From Eledone cirrhosa (lineage: Eukaryota), in contig OZ024741.1 of NCBI GenBank assembly GCA_964016885.1, forward strand, positions 101,804,001-101,868,000: a stretch of DNA of 64,000 nt, in the 5' to 3' direction. A program made the position numbers and the translations under genes. Positions 15,368-29,420 of the stretch are shown here, in pieces; position 1 is the first letter of the stretch, and each line of letters starts with the position of its first letter. The notes under the pieces are model-generated. The model did no database searches. It had not been told where the DNA came from and saw nothing but the letters and a program-made list of their open reading frames with translations.

Positions 15368-15940
15368 TATATATAGATATGAAAGGCCAAACAATACGTA
15401 TAAAAATTAAACAATTTTTATGCTGACATTTTTTCTCGCTCGGAAGTTTTGTTTGGCATAGGTTAACGGTTGAGGTTTGAAAAAGCATAAGCTTTAGTTG
15501 AATTCATCCTAAAATGCTGTAAGGGTAGATTTTCTTTTCTCTCTCCTGGGTGTGAACATAAGATGTTTTGTTTCGAAGTTTGAAAAAGCATAAAAGTGGG
15601 AAGTATCACGCGTGGGACTCGAACTCATACCTGCTGTTAACCATGTGACTGTGTTACTATTACATCAAAGTGACGCTGGTCACTCATGTCAGTTTTTAAG
15701 CTTCATCAATCGGTCAGAAATGTAAGTAAACAATCTATTTTTAGAAGCATTATGTTAAGTTAATTAGACTATTTACACCAATTAACGACTTAGACTATTT
15801 TTCATAATGAAAAACGTGCGTTGAAGCTGTCCACTTGAAGTTAGCTTAATATTCAAAATTCGTAATTCGTTTATAAAACTGAAAGGAGTGGTCAGCCTCA
15901 CTTTAGGGTAACGGTACAGGTTAACTAAATATTCAATATA

Positions 15941-16255
15941 CAGTAGAACTTCGGTTCACGAACTTAATTCGTTCGTTAAAGCCGTTCGACACCCGCAATG
16001 TACGTAAACCGAAACTATTTTTCCCATATGAAATGTTAAGAGAGAAATACAGTGTGTGCATGTGTGTGTGAGAGAGAGAGAGTGAGTGAGAGAGAGAGAG
16101 ACTGTGTCTGAAAGACAGATAGATAAACACTATAATAACTAACTGCACAGCTTTCCCATCGAGACTCCCAGCTTGTTACCAACCGTTCGTCTTCCGAGCC
16201 GTTTTATATTCGGAAGCATTGACGTGATGAGAACCGTTCGGGAACCGAGGTTACA

Positions 16256-16258
<3 letters not shown>
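15941..16258. mobile_element. pogo/Tigger-like MITE
   Basis: Imperfect TIRs CAGTAGAACTTCGGTTCACGAAC / GTTCGGGAACCGAGGTTACACTG, with TA on both sides. Confidence 0.75.
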
Positions 16259-16302
<44 letters not shown>

Positions 16303-16310
16303 TGAATACA

Positions 16311-16789
16311 ATAAATGTAATCTGAGTTTTTCGAATATTAATAGTAACATTCGATTCGTTTGCAATTATGCAAACAAGCCTCAATTTTCTTTTTTATTTG
16401 AGTTTGGTAAAGCCGGCCATTTATCTCTCGTATACAGGAAACTGGCTGGCCAGTCTGCTGATATGCAAATCTAGCTGATCAGTGGATCTGCTAATATGCA
16501 GAGCTGACTGATCAGCCAGTCTGCTAATATGCAAATCAGGCCGATCAGTCACTGTATATTTTTGAAAAAAGCATATACTTTCACTAGCTTTGACAGTTTG
16601 GCAGGTGAACAGTGAGCTGTACTGATGAAGGGTGATACCCAGAAACATTTGTGTCTGCAGTTCTGTTCACATGCCAACACAAGAGCAAGAATGAAGGCTT
16701 CATTCTACTGACATGGCTATAAAATTGAGGCTGGTTTGCATAATTGCAAAAGAATCGAATGTTATTAATATTTGAAAAACTCAGATTAC

Positions 16790-16795
<6 letters not shown>
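16311..16795 (+). mobile_element. Non-coding fold-back element in (TA)n with an internal hammerhead
   Basis: Inverted ends of about 75 bp (16311-16388 / 16721-16795). Hammerhead at 16614-16663: GAGCUGUA-CUGAUGA-aGGGU(gau)ACCCa-GAAA-CAUUUGUG-UC-UGCAGUUC. Confidence 0.75.
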
Positions 16796-16870
<75 letters not shown>

Positions 16871-16876
<6 letters not shown>

Positions 16877-17352
16877 AGACGTAAGATAAGAAAATTATAA
16901 AATTAACTTACTTACTAAAATATCACTTCCAACTAATTAGTTTCTGGAATGGAGTAGATACATCTTCCGAAGAAGGTGTAGAGAAACATCCCGTCATCAG
17001 GAAAGTCTATTCTCATATAAGTTTCCAGGCAAAGCGAGGACTCTGGAAGCTTATTAAAAAATAAATCAGTGAATAGGAAATAGCAAAGCGTGGACTTACT
17101 TCCTAGCCATTGAGAAAATCACTGCCTCTGTGTCTGTGGCAAATTCAAAAAGAATCGAACACGTGACATCGAGGTCAATCGGTGGAAAGTGGGTTGTTAA
17201 TAAGACAGCGGCCAGCCTACTACCGTAGCAGGGATGTTTCTCTACACCTTCTTCGGAAGATGTATCTACTCCATTCCAGAAACTAATTAGTTGGAAGTGA
17301 TATTTTAGTAAGTAAGTTAATTTTATAATTTTCTTATCTTACGTCTCTTATA
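16871..17352 (-). mobile_element. Fold-back element with ~120-bp inverted ends and a hammerhead (16925-17006, minus)
   Basis: ACUUUC-CUGAUGA-long stem II-GAAA-CUAAUUAG-UU-GGAAGU. The right arm (17231-17352) lacks the CUGAUGA half. Confidence 0.72.
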
Positions 17353-17467
17353 TTATTGTTCTGCAACCCCATGCATTGAACCACAATGTTATTAAGACAA
17401 AACCTATATATTTGCTAGCATCGATATGCATTTGTATGTATATATATGTTACTAAATATAAATTCTT

Positions 17468-17553
<86 letters not shown>

Positions 17554-17576
17554 GTATCTATATATGCGTATGTATG

Positions 17577-17623
<47 letters not shown>

Positions 17624-17636
17624 ATGTATGTATATG

Positions 17637-17668
<32 letters not shown>

Positions 17669-17821
17669 TATATATACATATACATATACATACACATATA
17701 TACATACATATACATATACATATATATATATATAGTAATAATAATAAATTTGAAGACTAAAATACAAAGAGGGCTCGATAAGGATAAATATATATCAAAT
17801 ATATAAGAACCGTAGAGCAAC

Positions 17822-17929
17822 TATTTATTAAAATAACAGATTAAAGTTTAAGCAAAGGATCGCTTTCTCCCGTTAAGGGTGAAAGCAGCGATTCTTTGCT
17901 TAAACTTTAATCTGTTATTTTAATAAATA
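17822..17929. repeat. Inverted repeat hairpin between (TA)n tracts
   Basis: tatttattaaaataacagattaaagtttaagcaaaggatcgct / agcgattctttgcttaaactttaatctgttattttaataaata. Confidence 0.85.
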
Positions 17930-17930
17930 A

Positions 17931-18134
<204 letters not shown>

Positions 18135-18147
18135 GTGTGTGTATATA

Positions 18148-18200
<53 letters not shown>

Positions 18201-18204
18201 GTGT

Positions 18205-18325
18205 GAAGGCGTGTGGCTGAGTGGTTAGAGAATTGGATTCACAATCTTGAGGTTGTGGGTTCGAGTCCTGGACCGGTCGATGCGTTATGTCCTTGAGCAA
18301 GACATTTTATTTCACGTTGCTCCTT
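18205..18325 (+). mobile_element. tRNA-derived SINE head
   Basis: A-box TGGCTGAGTGG, B-box GGTTCGAGTCC, then gtccttgagcaagaca. It has no proper acceptor stem. Confidence 0.75.
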
Positions 18326-18916
18326 CTACCTGGAGTTGCGACCGATAGATAGTACTAGCAACTGGAAAGACCGATGGAAACATTGTTTCCTCGGTCCGAT
18401 TTGACGAAAGTCGATCGATTTAAAAAAAAAAAAATATATATATATATAATATATATATACACATATATATTTATATATCTATATATATTTAAGCAGCATA
18501 ATCTAATACACTACAGTTATCCCCTGCACAAACGTAGATATATACATATATGCATTAGAAATACACAGGGAAACATACTGAGGAAGAATTGAAGAAATGC
18601 AATTAATGTTGCTCTCTTGGCATCGAGAGTTGACAGTTCGAGATGGCTAACACATAAGCACAAAGACTGTTTCCGTTCAGTCACTCGGTTCTGAAAATTC
18701 CAAAGCCTATTGAGATCAAAGAAAAGTACTTGGTAGCTAGTGCAGTGTTGTGTGATGTGGTGTAGTGTAATGTTGTGTAGTGTGGTGTAGTGTTGTGTAG
18801 TGCGATGTTGTGTGATTTAGATAGAAAGTGGATGTTACTATGGCAGTAAATATAATGATTGCACAATTATCAGAAAAAAAAGTATTGGAAATCTGGATGG
18901 AAACTATGCGTCTAAA

Positions 18917-18962
<46 letters not shown>

Positions 18963-19080
18963 ACAAGAACGCACGAGTACAAGTTACAAATATATATGTA
19001 TGGATGAAAGCTATGCGTGCAAACGTATGTATATATATATATATATACGTTTATGTAAATATATACATACATACATATAT

Positions 19081-19119
<39 letters not shown>

Positions 19120-19127
19120 CGTTTATG

Positions 19128-19173
<46 letters not shown>

Positions 19174-21011
19174 GTGTGTGTGAAAATACACAGACATACT
19201 CTCTCTCTCTCACTCACACATACACTCACTCCCACATATATATTATTGAGGTAATTAAACGGTGCAGTGCTTCAGAATGACCAACATTTTCATCACGGTT
19301 GTGCATCTTCGGACTACGATGTCTCATTAGGGAACCGGACATGTGATGTAGTGCTACAGTGTTCACTGAGCATGATGATGATGATGATGATGTGTGTGTT
19401 TGAGTCTGTTTGTATTGAGGGTATTCTAACAGGAAAGATGTGTATATTTTAAACTTATTTGTAACTTTTTGGTGTGTTTGTGTATGTGTGTGCATGAATG
19501 TGTTTATGTGAGTGTCTGTATATGTTTCCGAATATGTGTCAGTGTATGCATTTGTGGGTATGTCTGAATATGTGTGTGTCCAAATATGTATCTGTGTACG
19601 TGTGTATCTGTTTCTGTGCGTGTATATGTACATATTTGTATGTCTGTATATGTGCTCATGTGTGTGAGTGTGCGTGAGTTTGTGTGTGTTGATTCATGAG
19701 GCAAATGCACAGCAGACCCAGTGTTTCACAGGCTTCTGCAATTCCTCATAACTTTTTTTAATGTATATCGGCAAACGATACCTCCCTCCCCCCAAAACAC
19801 ACACACACATATACACCCTTCCCACATATATATATATATTTGGCAATATATATATATATATATATATATAAGAAAATGATGTCTTTTTTTAAATGAAAAA
19901 AAAAACGAGATGTCCTACACGAATGAAAGTATAAGGAAAAAAGATGAAATCGAAAATGCAACTGAAGTCTTTTTAAGAATATTTATTTGTTTCCTTTATC
20001 GGTTTCACAGTTCTTATGCTTTTCAAAAGTAGAATTGAAATGTAGGGTTTGTGGTTTTTCTCGCATCTATCTATATGTATATATATATACATATATATCA
20101 TATATACATATATATATAATATATATGTATATATATATTGTATTTATTCAGCGCGCGTGATCGGAAACATAGAAGTAGTAAATGTTTCTCTTGACTGTAT
20201 GCATAAACTTCTTTGCGACGTAGCAGCGTTGTTGAAATATCCAAAGTAGTGGAGAGGTTCTATCTGTTAGACACGCAGTGACTAACAACAGAATGTTTTA
20301 AGTCTGCATGTCTGACACTATATGCGTAGCTTGTGAATAAAAGATTCAAGGGGTATCGCTGGCCGTGGCAATTCCTTCCAAACATGTTTTGTAACGTATC
20401 GTCTTATTGGATAATTTCATCGTCTTATTGGCTAATCAACCAACGATAGTAATTGTTGCTCAAAAGCGTTTTGTTTGCACGTTTATTTATCGTTTCGCTT
20501 TCGAATCTCTCTCCTGTATTTTGTCGCTTTATCATCAAAATATTTTTCTCGTTTTGGTAAGTTATATTGTTAATTTATATATGATTTTTTTAAATTTATA
20601 TTAACTATTTTTTTTCAGTTCGTTATAACATGCTTAGAATATTGGTTGTATCATATTTACTTGTATATATGTCCATATTATTGTTCGTTTTATGTTAGAT
20701 TATTTTATTATTATTATGTTAGACTATTTTTTTTATTATTATGTTAGACTATTTGTATGTAATATTTAATTTTTATTAATTCAACTATAACAATTATTAT
20801 GTAAAATATATTTATTTAATATTGATTGTTTTTTGCAGTTGTTTATATTAAAAGTCTGAAAATATTTTTATACATCTTACAATAATATTTATAAGATCCT
20901 TTATAAAATAACAATTATATAATCTAATTACATTACAACGATAATTTATTATTAATTTATATCATGTTTAACTAGAGTTATTACAAGCGTTGCCTTAAAA
21001 AAATATTAAAC

Positions 21012-21453
21012 TAGACCTGAAAAATGCGCAAGCTCAAAAGAGCCACAGAATGTTATAATAAACCTTCAAAAGTGTGGGACTAGAGTTGTAGCTCAAAAAT
21101 ATTGTAATCATTATCTATCGTACACACTGTGGCATCCTTTTATAAAAAAGTGACTCATAACGAACTCAAGACGACACGATAATTATTTAAGTGAATTTAT
21201 AATATAGAATTCGGTTTAAGTGCATTTCGTATTAATCATTACTAAACATCTAATATGAGATATTGAACATTAGCTTAAATAATTATCGTATCGTCTTGAG
21301 TTCGTTATGAGTCTCTTTTTTATAAAAGGATGCCACAGAGTGTACGATAGATAATGATTACAATATTTTTGAGCAACAACTCTAGTCCCACACTTTTGAA
21401 GGTTTATTATAACATTCTGTGGCTCTTTTGAGCTTGCGCATTTTTCAGGTCTA
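21012..21453. repeat. Long fold-back / MITE-like element (~180-bp arms, ~80-bp spacer)
   Basis: tagacctgaaaaatgcgcaagctc... / ...gagcttgcgcatttttcaggtcta with few mismatches. Confidence 0.8.
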
Positions 21454-22188
21454 TAATAGCATTTGACGTGGGTAAGTGTGAAATATATTGTAGAAAATAT
21501 TGGATTAGTAATGTCTTTAATGTGGTCAGCGAATTAGATTAGACAGATTAACAGACTAAAAATTATTTTAATTGGGAGAATAGGACGCATCACTGCGAAA
21601 AAGGGGGTGCACATTTTAGAGCTAGACTAAAGCGGCGGCTCTAATATCAATATTAAATGCCTATGCTGGCCTAGACACAATGCTTTGCAGCATAGAGTTA
21701 TGGCCCAGTCGAGGTTAGCTTTCCCTTTCATCCTTATGGGGTCGATAAAATAAAGCACCAGTAATGCACTGGCGTCGATTTAATCAAATTTCTGGCCTTG
21801 TGCCTAAAGTAAACACAATTATTTAGATTGTTATATTTGAAGGTGAGAGATATTGTGTAGAAACACAGATTTCACTTTTGGTAGTATCCCTGATTCTATA
21901 ATACAAATTGTTTGTTTCTAAGTGCTTATATTTATCTAAAAACTTATCATCATAATTCTATGTAATAACGTATGTTAAGTTATGTTCTAAATATCAGCTT
22001 GATAATATGAAAATTAGTTATATTACAAAATCCGTCCAATTTCCTCGACAGCATCTACTAACCATAACGCGTAGAAGTCGAACCACCGAACCTCATGAGA
22101 TTTGGGAAGGATGTTCTTATATATATATAAATAAAATTTGAATTTTATTTCTCGCCCTAGCACAGGTGATACCTAAATGTAAGTATGC

Positions 22189-22354
<166 letters not shown>

Positions 22355-22362
22355 ACACACAT

Positions 22363-22397
<35 letters not shown>

Positions 22398-22429
22398 ATA
22401 TACATACACACACATATATACATATGGGT

Positions 22430-23480
<1,051 letters not shown>

Positions 23481-25608
23481 ACATAAATAATATATATTAC
23501 GCAACCCCCACCTAGACATACCCCTCCTTGACTATAACTTCCCCCAACCCATAACCCAGATAGATAGGTAGCCTATGGGTGGAACAGTCCCCTACAAGGT
23601 TTGTGTTTGTGTCTGTGCGTGTGTGTGTGTGTGTGTGTGTGTATTCTCCTTTTTTCTCTCACACACACATACACACACACATATGTATGTATATATGTGT
23701 GCATGTGTACATGCATACATGCATGTATATGTATATTGTATACATATATATTGTATATATATATATATATATGTATATATTATACACATATGTATTGTGT
23801 GTGTGTGTATATATGATATGTATATATATATATATATGTATGTATATGTGTATATATGTGTATGTGTGTGTATGATATGTATATATGTGTGTATGTATAT
23901 ATATTTTTTCTGTAGAAGTCTTCTCTATATGTGGTGTTTGGCATGAATTCCTCCTATAATACTCTTCTTTGAGAGGAGCACGATATGTAGAGTAACACAT
24001 ATGTATTGTCGCAGTTGAAACTGAGAACCACCACCCCTCCTGCTGACCCAAATGTTTACTGAGGACCAGAACACCATTCTCCACAATATAAGAGAGGAAT
24101 GCGCTTGCCGGACTATTGATGACCAAAACATCACATTCCAAGGTAATGGCAAAACACAGTGAATGGTAAACACGACCAGAACATCACAACATGCACATCG
24201 GAGCAACAGAGATATAATATCAATAAGCGAATCAATTGAATTTTTTGAGTTGAAATACATATAAATATGTGTCTGTGTGTATCGGACACACGTACAATGA
24301 AGAAACTGCTGACCTAAATGTACCTGTCATGCCTGTCTGAATTCCCAAGAAAATTTTCGGTCAGTTACTATCTTGACCGCTTACCCTCACAATTACTACG
24401 TAGCGGTTCTTGCACGTGACTGCTAGACCCGGATGAAACGAAGACGAAGAATTTCCTTGCGGACCGTTTTGTACCACAGATGCGATCTCACTCTGCCTCG
24501 TTAATGTTCAATCAACACCAAAGTTCTACGTTCTGGGCAATATAATTGAATCCAACCACCGACAACATAGTTGGATGACCGATAATCACACCAAACTGGA
24601 GTACTGTGATCGTTGTGATTTCGAGATATACAACCACTGACACTGTTACGAAGACCAGAAAACCATACTCCATAATATTGAACCAAGTGATTGATTTGAG
24701 CGACCAAAATAACACCACACACATATTGGGTCGGCAATGAACTAGGAATACTAGATCCTCCGTCAATGTCTGGGTGAGCAAAAATAGATTTCTATCTGCA
24801 TTGAAATTTACGAACTTGTGCATCTGCTGTGGTGTCAAACACAAACGCACACGACCGCACAGATGAACAATGGACTATGCCACGTGGGTTGAACTTGCAA
24901 GTGAATTGAAGGATGTGTAACTCTGATATACAGATTATTTATTATTAAGATGTATAAACTTGACATAACTATTATCATCTTATATTCTCTCAACTAATCA
25001 CATTTGATTATATTTCTCTATCCCGTTTTCTCCCCCCATATTTATAATATTTTTATTTGACAAAATCGGTTTTTTTACATTGTGTTTTTCCCTTCTAATA
25101 CTTGCATATATTTTTTTATATATTCTCTATATATTTTTTATATATATATTTTTTTATCTTTATTCTTATTTTCACTCTTATCCTCCTTTATATTTTACCT
25201 TATTCTTACTTTTATACCTTATTATAGTGTAATCTTCCCCATGCCTTATTATACATTATTAATTACAGCAATTAATTACAGATTATTATTATTACTCTTA
25301 TTCCATTTCTAATTACCTCATGTACTTTCTCCTCCGCTATATATATATATATATTGTATGCCCTTTGTGTGTGTGTAGCCTCTGCACACCCTCTGCACCC
25401 TACTATCGACGCCACCCCATCTATGGCTCCACTAACCACTCGACTCCCGGGAATGAATATGACCACAGCTAGTAAACAAGGACCCACACCCCACCCCCGC
25501 ACCAAAATTAGACTTATCGTCCCCTGCTTTTGCTCTTTACTCTCTTTACTCTTTGTTCTTGAATGTTTGGTTGGTAGAGTCCATAACACCAATCAAACCC
25601 CTTTTATA

Positions 25609-25653
25609 GCTCTGAAGAATCCTACGGTTACGTAAGGAAGAAACATTGTAAGC
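25609..25653 (+). ncRNA. Type I hammerhead ribozyme in a PLE-like terminal repeat
   Basis: GCU-CUGAAGA-aUCCUACG(guua)CGUAAGGAa-GAAA-CAUUG-UA-AGC, followed by AATAAA and (TA)n. Confidence 0.65.
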
Positions 25654-25695
25654 CAATAAAAATCTTTTGATGTTGTAGACGCTCTTGTGTTCTTT

Positions 25696-25743
<48 letters not shown>

Positions 25744-25784
25744 GGAAAAATTTGAACAGGAACAAAACAGAGAGGCAGTACAAC

Positions 25785-25975
25785 GAATGTTTATTAATTT
25801 CACGCTCTCATTGTTTTTATGGTAAGGGTAATATAGGCCAGTGTCAAGATTAAGAGATACATCCAAGAAATTAGCTAGTTTGATGCTGTTATCAAATTCA
25901 ATTTTTAGGTTATGTTGGTTAAAGAGATTACGTATATTGTTCTTAATAATATTAAGGTTAACTATGTTGCACATA
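25785..25975 (-). pseudogene. Penelope-like RT fragment
   Basis: NIRNLFNQHNLKIEF..KLANFLDVSLNLDTGLYYPYHKNN matches VVNFLDITLDLATGIYQPYHKPN at ~58190. Confidence 0.8.
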
Positions 25976-26472
25976 TTATTAAACCCTTAAAATTATTCTT
26001 AATACATATTAACATTTTCTTTCCATCGCACATATTATTAAACCCTTAAATATTATTCTTAATACATATTAACAATTTCTTTTCATCGCACATATTATTA
26101 AACTCTTCAATATACAAACCTTAACTTTACATTATTTTTCTCTTCGTTAATTTTCAAATTCTTTTAATTTATACATTATCTTCCAACGGTTTTTCAACCT
26201 CTCTATGTAAAACAATATATTTTTCTCAGTTATAAAAGCTATCTCTCTCTCTCTTTCAGCCATCTCTCCTCCTATCTCATCCTTCCTCATTATACTCCTC
26301 CCCCTCCACTTTTTACTCTCATCTCCTCCTCTTTTTCATCCTTTCCACCTCCCCACCCACCTCAAAAAATTTTTTTTTTCCCCAATATCACATCAATCTA
26401 AAACTACTTTTCATATGTTGATTTAAAACTGCACTATCCACAAGTGTTTTTAACCTTCATATCATGTCCTCC

Positions 26473-26543
26473 TATTTTATCTGATGAAAACACAAATGTT
26501 ATTGCATGATGATATTTGTTTTTGAAATACGCATAATAAAATA
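26473..26543 (+). ncRNA. Type I hammerhead ribozyme (copy 2 of the 12604-12770 repeat, opposite strand)
   Basis: UAUUUUAU-CUGAUGA-stem II-GAAA-UACGCA-UA-AUAAAAUA. Confidence 0.75.
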
Positions 26544-26667
26544 CATGGAACTCATTTAACCATCTTTTGATCTTATATATTATGTATACTCCAGTCCTAC
26601 AAACTGTAGAGTGCTTCTTATCCGATATCTGCATTGCTTTATTGTACTACAATAAAACTCACCTCCT

Positions 26668-26698
<31 letters not shown>

Positions 26699-26967
26699 AA
26701 GAAATTAATGATATATAGATATAAAAAGTTCTGATGTAAGTCTGGAAGATTTAATAATTCTTACGAGGAAAAGCAATCGACTAAATCTCTTCCTTTAAAT
26801 AAAAAAACACTAAAATGTATGAATAAATTACTACAAATATATCCGATTAAATATTAGAAAGGATTGAGTAAATTTCCGACTGTTAGAGAGAATATCAGGG
26901 GAGATAAATAATAATAGTAGAAAATAATAAAAGTGGTAAATTGAAATATAGGAATTTGAATGTATGG

Positions 26968-27087
26968 AATGATGATAATTGGTGGTGTGTGGTGGTGCAG
27001 ATGTTGGCGTTGGTAGTGGTGGTGGTGCTGGTAGTGGTGGTGGTGATGATGATAATGATGATGATAATGATAATGATGATGATGATA

Positions 27088-27123
<36 letters not shown>

Positions 27124-27228
27124 ATGTTGATGATTATAATACCGTTGATTGGATTACAGTAAAATGTATATCTGTCTTAGCCATGTTAATGACCACAACG
27201 ATGTCTTAGACTATGACTATTGTCACGG

Positions 27229-27262
<34 letters not shown>

Positions 27263-27300
27263 TGTATGTATGTATGTATGTATGTATGTATGTATGTATG
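26968..27300. repeat. (GGT)n/(GAT)n and (TATG)n simple repeats
   Basis: Direct reading. Confidence 0.9.
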
Positions 27301-28896
27301 CTCTGTTTTACTTTTTTTCAAATTTTTTCCTAATAGCGAGAGATAGAGTGATAGAGGGGAAGGTATAGGGAAATATAGAGAGGGAGATAGTGAGGGACAT
27401 TTGAGAGAGATAGAGCGAGAGATAGAGAAAGAGAGACGGTTTAAATCAGAGACAATACCCTTTCATTGGAATTTAGACAACGTAAACAAGGTAATTATGA
27501 CGGTGTGTGTGCGTATGTGTGTATGTGTGCAATTATGGATGTCATTGCGTGTGTGGATCTGTATGTTTTGAATTATATGTGCGCATATACACATATGTAT
27601 ATGCAGTTATTACATGCTAAACCTCTAGAATGTCTTACATTTTTTACAATTCCATTTATTGACTGTACTTGTGATTCCCTAATTAAGTGTGCTCTTTCTG
27701 GTTCTGTGACGCCAAGCTTTTCAAGATTTGTGCCGAGGCAGTTAGTAACTGGCGCGTAAAGATGTCTCCAGATGCATGCTCAGTGGCAATCTGCAAAGCT
27801 GAGAGAGTAACAGAACAAAACGTATATTAGATTCAAAACCAATATATTTTTAAAAATTAGAGTTGCGTGAATATTTCTAACTACTCCTATAATTCTGCCT
27901 AAATAGGGATCTTTTGTCACTATTCGAGTTAAGTAGGATGTAGAATATAACTGAAATTGGTCGTCTAAGTTGATACCGTGCATTTGTTTGGCAGTGTAAT
28001 TAACTAAATGATAGATATCATTGTATGTGAAACATCGAACTTTCGAAGCAAAGCGTTGAGGAATTATAAAGTTCATAGAAAATGTGAGAAACCCAGACGC
28101 TGAAATGACTGCAAATACAGTCAGTTGCTACAAATAATTGTTTCTACATTTGGCACAAGGTCAGCAATTTGAAGGGGAAGGGAAAGTCGATTAATTCGAC
28201 CCCAGTGCATTACTGGTGTTTTATTTATCGACCCCGTAAGGATGAAAGGCAAAGCTAACCTCGGCAGGATTTGAACGCAAAACGTAAAAGGCCGTAACTC
28301 TATGCTGCAAAGCATGGTGTCTGACGCTCTACCGATACTGCCAGTCTACCATAAATAATAGCTTAGAAAATCAGTTAAAATAACCCTATTATTTATAGCA
28401 ACCGACTGTCTTTGCAGTTATTTCTGTATTTCAGTTTCTTACATTTTTTATAAGCTTCACAATTCCCCGGTGCTTTGCTTCGAAAGTTCGATGCATTACA
28501 TACAATGTTGATTATATTTAAAAACTCTACGAATTAGCATTTTAATTTTCAGAAGTTACGGAGTTCGACTCTCCGTAGCGACCTCAGAGTATTTTATTTA
28601 TAACAGCCGACTGTATTCGCAGTTATTTCTACGTCTGAGTTTCCTATATTTTCTATAAATGATAGATATATATTCCAGTTTCATTGTACTTTAATTTATA
28701 ATAGTTCACATACAGTATATAAAATAATTTATTACATATACTGTTTTTGAATTAGAAGCCTTATTTTGAAAAGAATGATATATATAAGTAAATTTTCTAA
28801 TATGCTCTCTCGACAGAGTAAAAACGAGATCACCTCTACGCGTTTAAGATATTACGGTCTTTTCATCAGAAGTTTACTCCCAAAATTCTACCTTTC

Positions 28897-29076
28897 CACA
28901 GCGAGGCTTGTTATCTCAACAGCATAGTTATATCTACATTTAATCAACCTTTCCCACCCACTCTCTTTCTGTATGTGTGCGCGCGCATACACACACACAT
29001 ACAGAAAGAGAGTGGGTGGGAAAGGTTGATTAAATGTAGATATAACTATGCTGTTGAGATAACAAGCCTCGCTGTG
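28897..29076. repeat. Near-perfect inverted repeat (~80-bp arms)
   Basis: cacagcgaggcttgttatctcaacagcatag... / ...ctatgctgttgagataacaagcctcgctgtg. A degenerate minus-strand hammerhead lies just upstream (28832-28873). Confidence 0.85.
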
Positions 29077-29321
29077 TGTGCGTGTGTAATAAATGGCTAA
29101 AAAATACAAATGAATAAAAAAAAAATGAGCGAAGACAGAAAAATGAAGAATACAGACAGCTTCATCTCATCAGTCGAGCGCTAGAGATACGCTTTTTCAA
29201 TGCTTTAAGATCGACACAACTAGCTCTAGTGCACAAGAGACAGTAACTCATGGACAAAGATGATAGTCTTTATGACTGTCTGTATTCATTCATTTCTCCG
29301 TCTTCACCCATATCTTTTATT

Positions 29322-29418
<97 letters not shown>

Positions 29419-29420
<2 letters not shown>

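Noticed and set aside
18205-18280. Possible tRNA gene
   Set aside because: A and B boxes are present, but the acceptor stem does not pair and it continues into SINE body sequence shared with 2235-2357.
26941-27209. Poly-Met / poly-Asp ORFs (also 49517-49981)
   Set aside because: They are (GAT)n/(GGT)n trinucleotide repeat translations.
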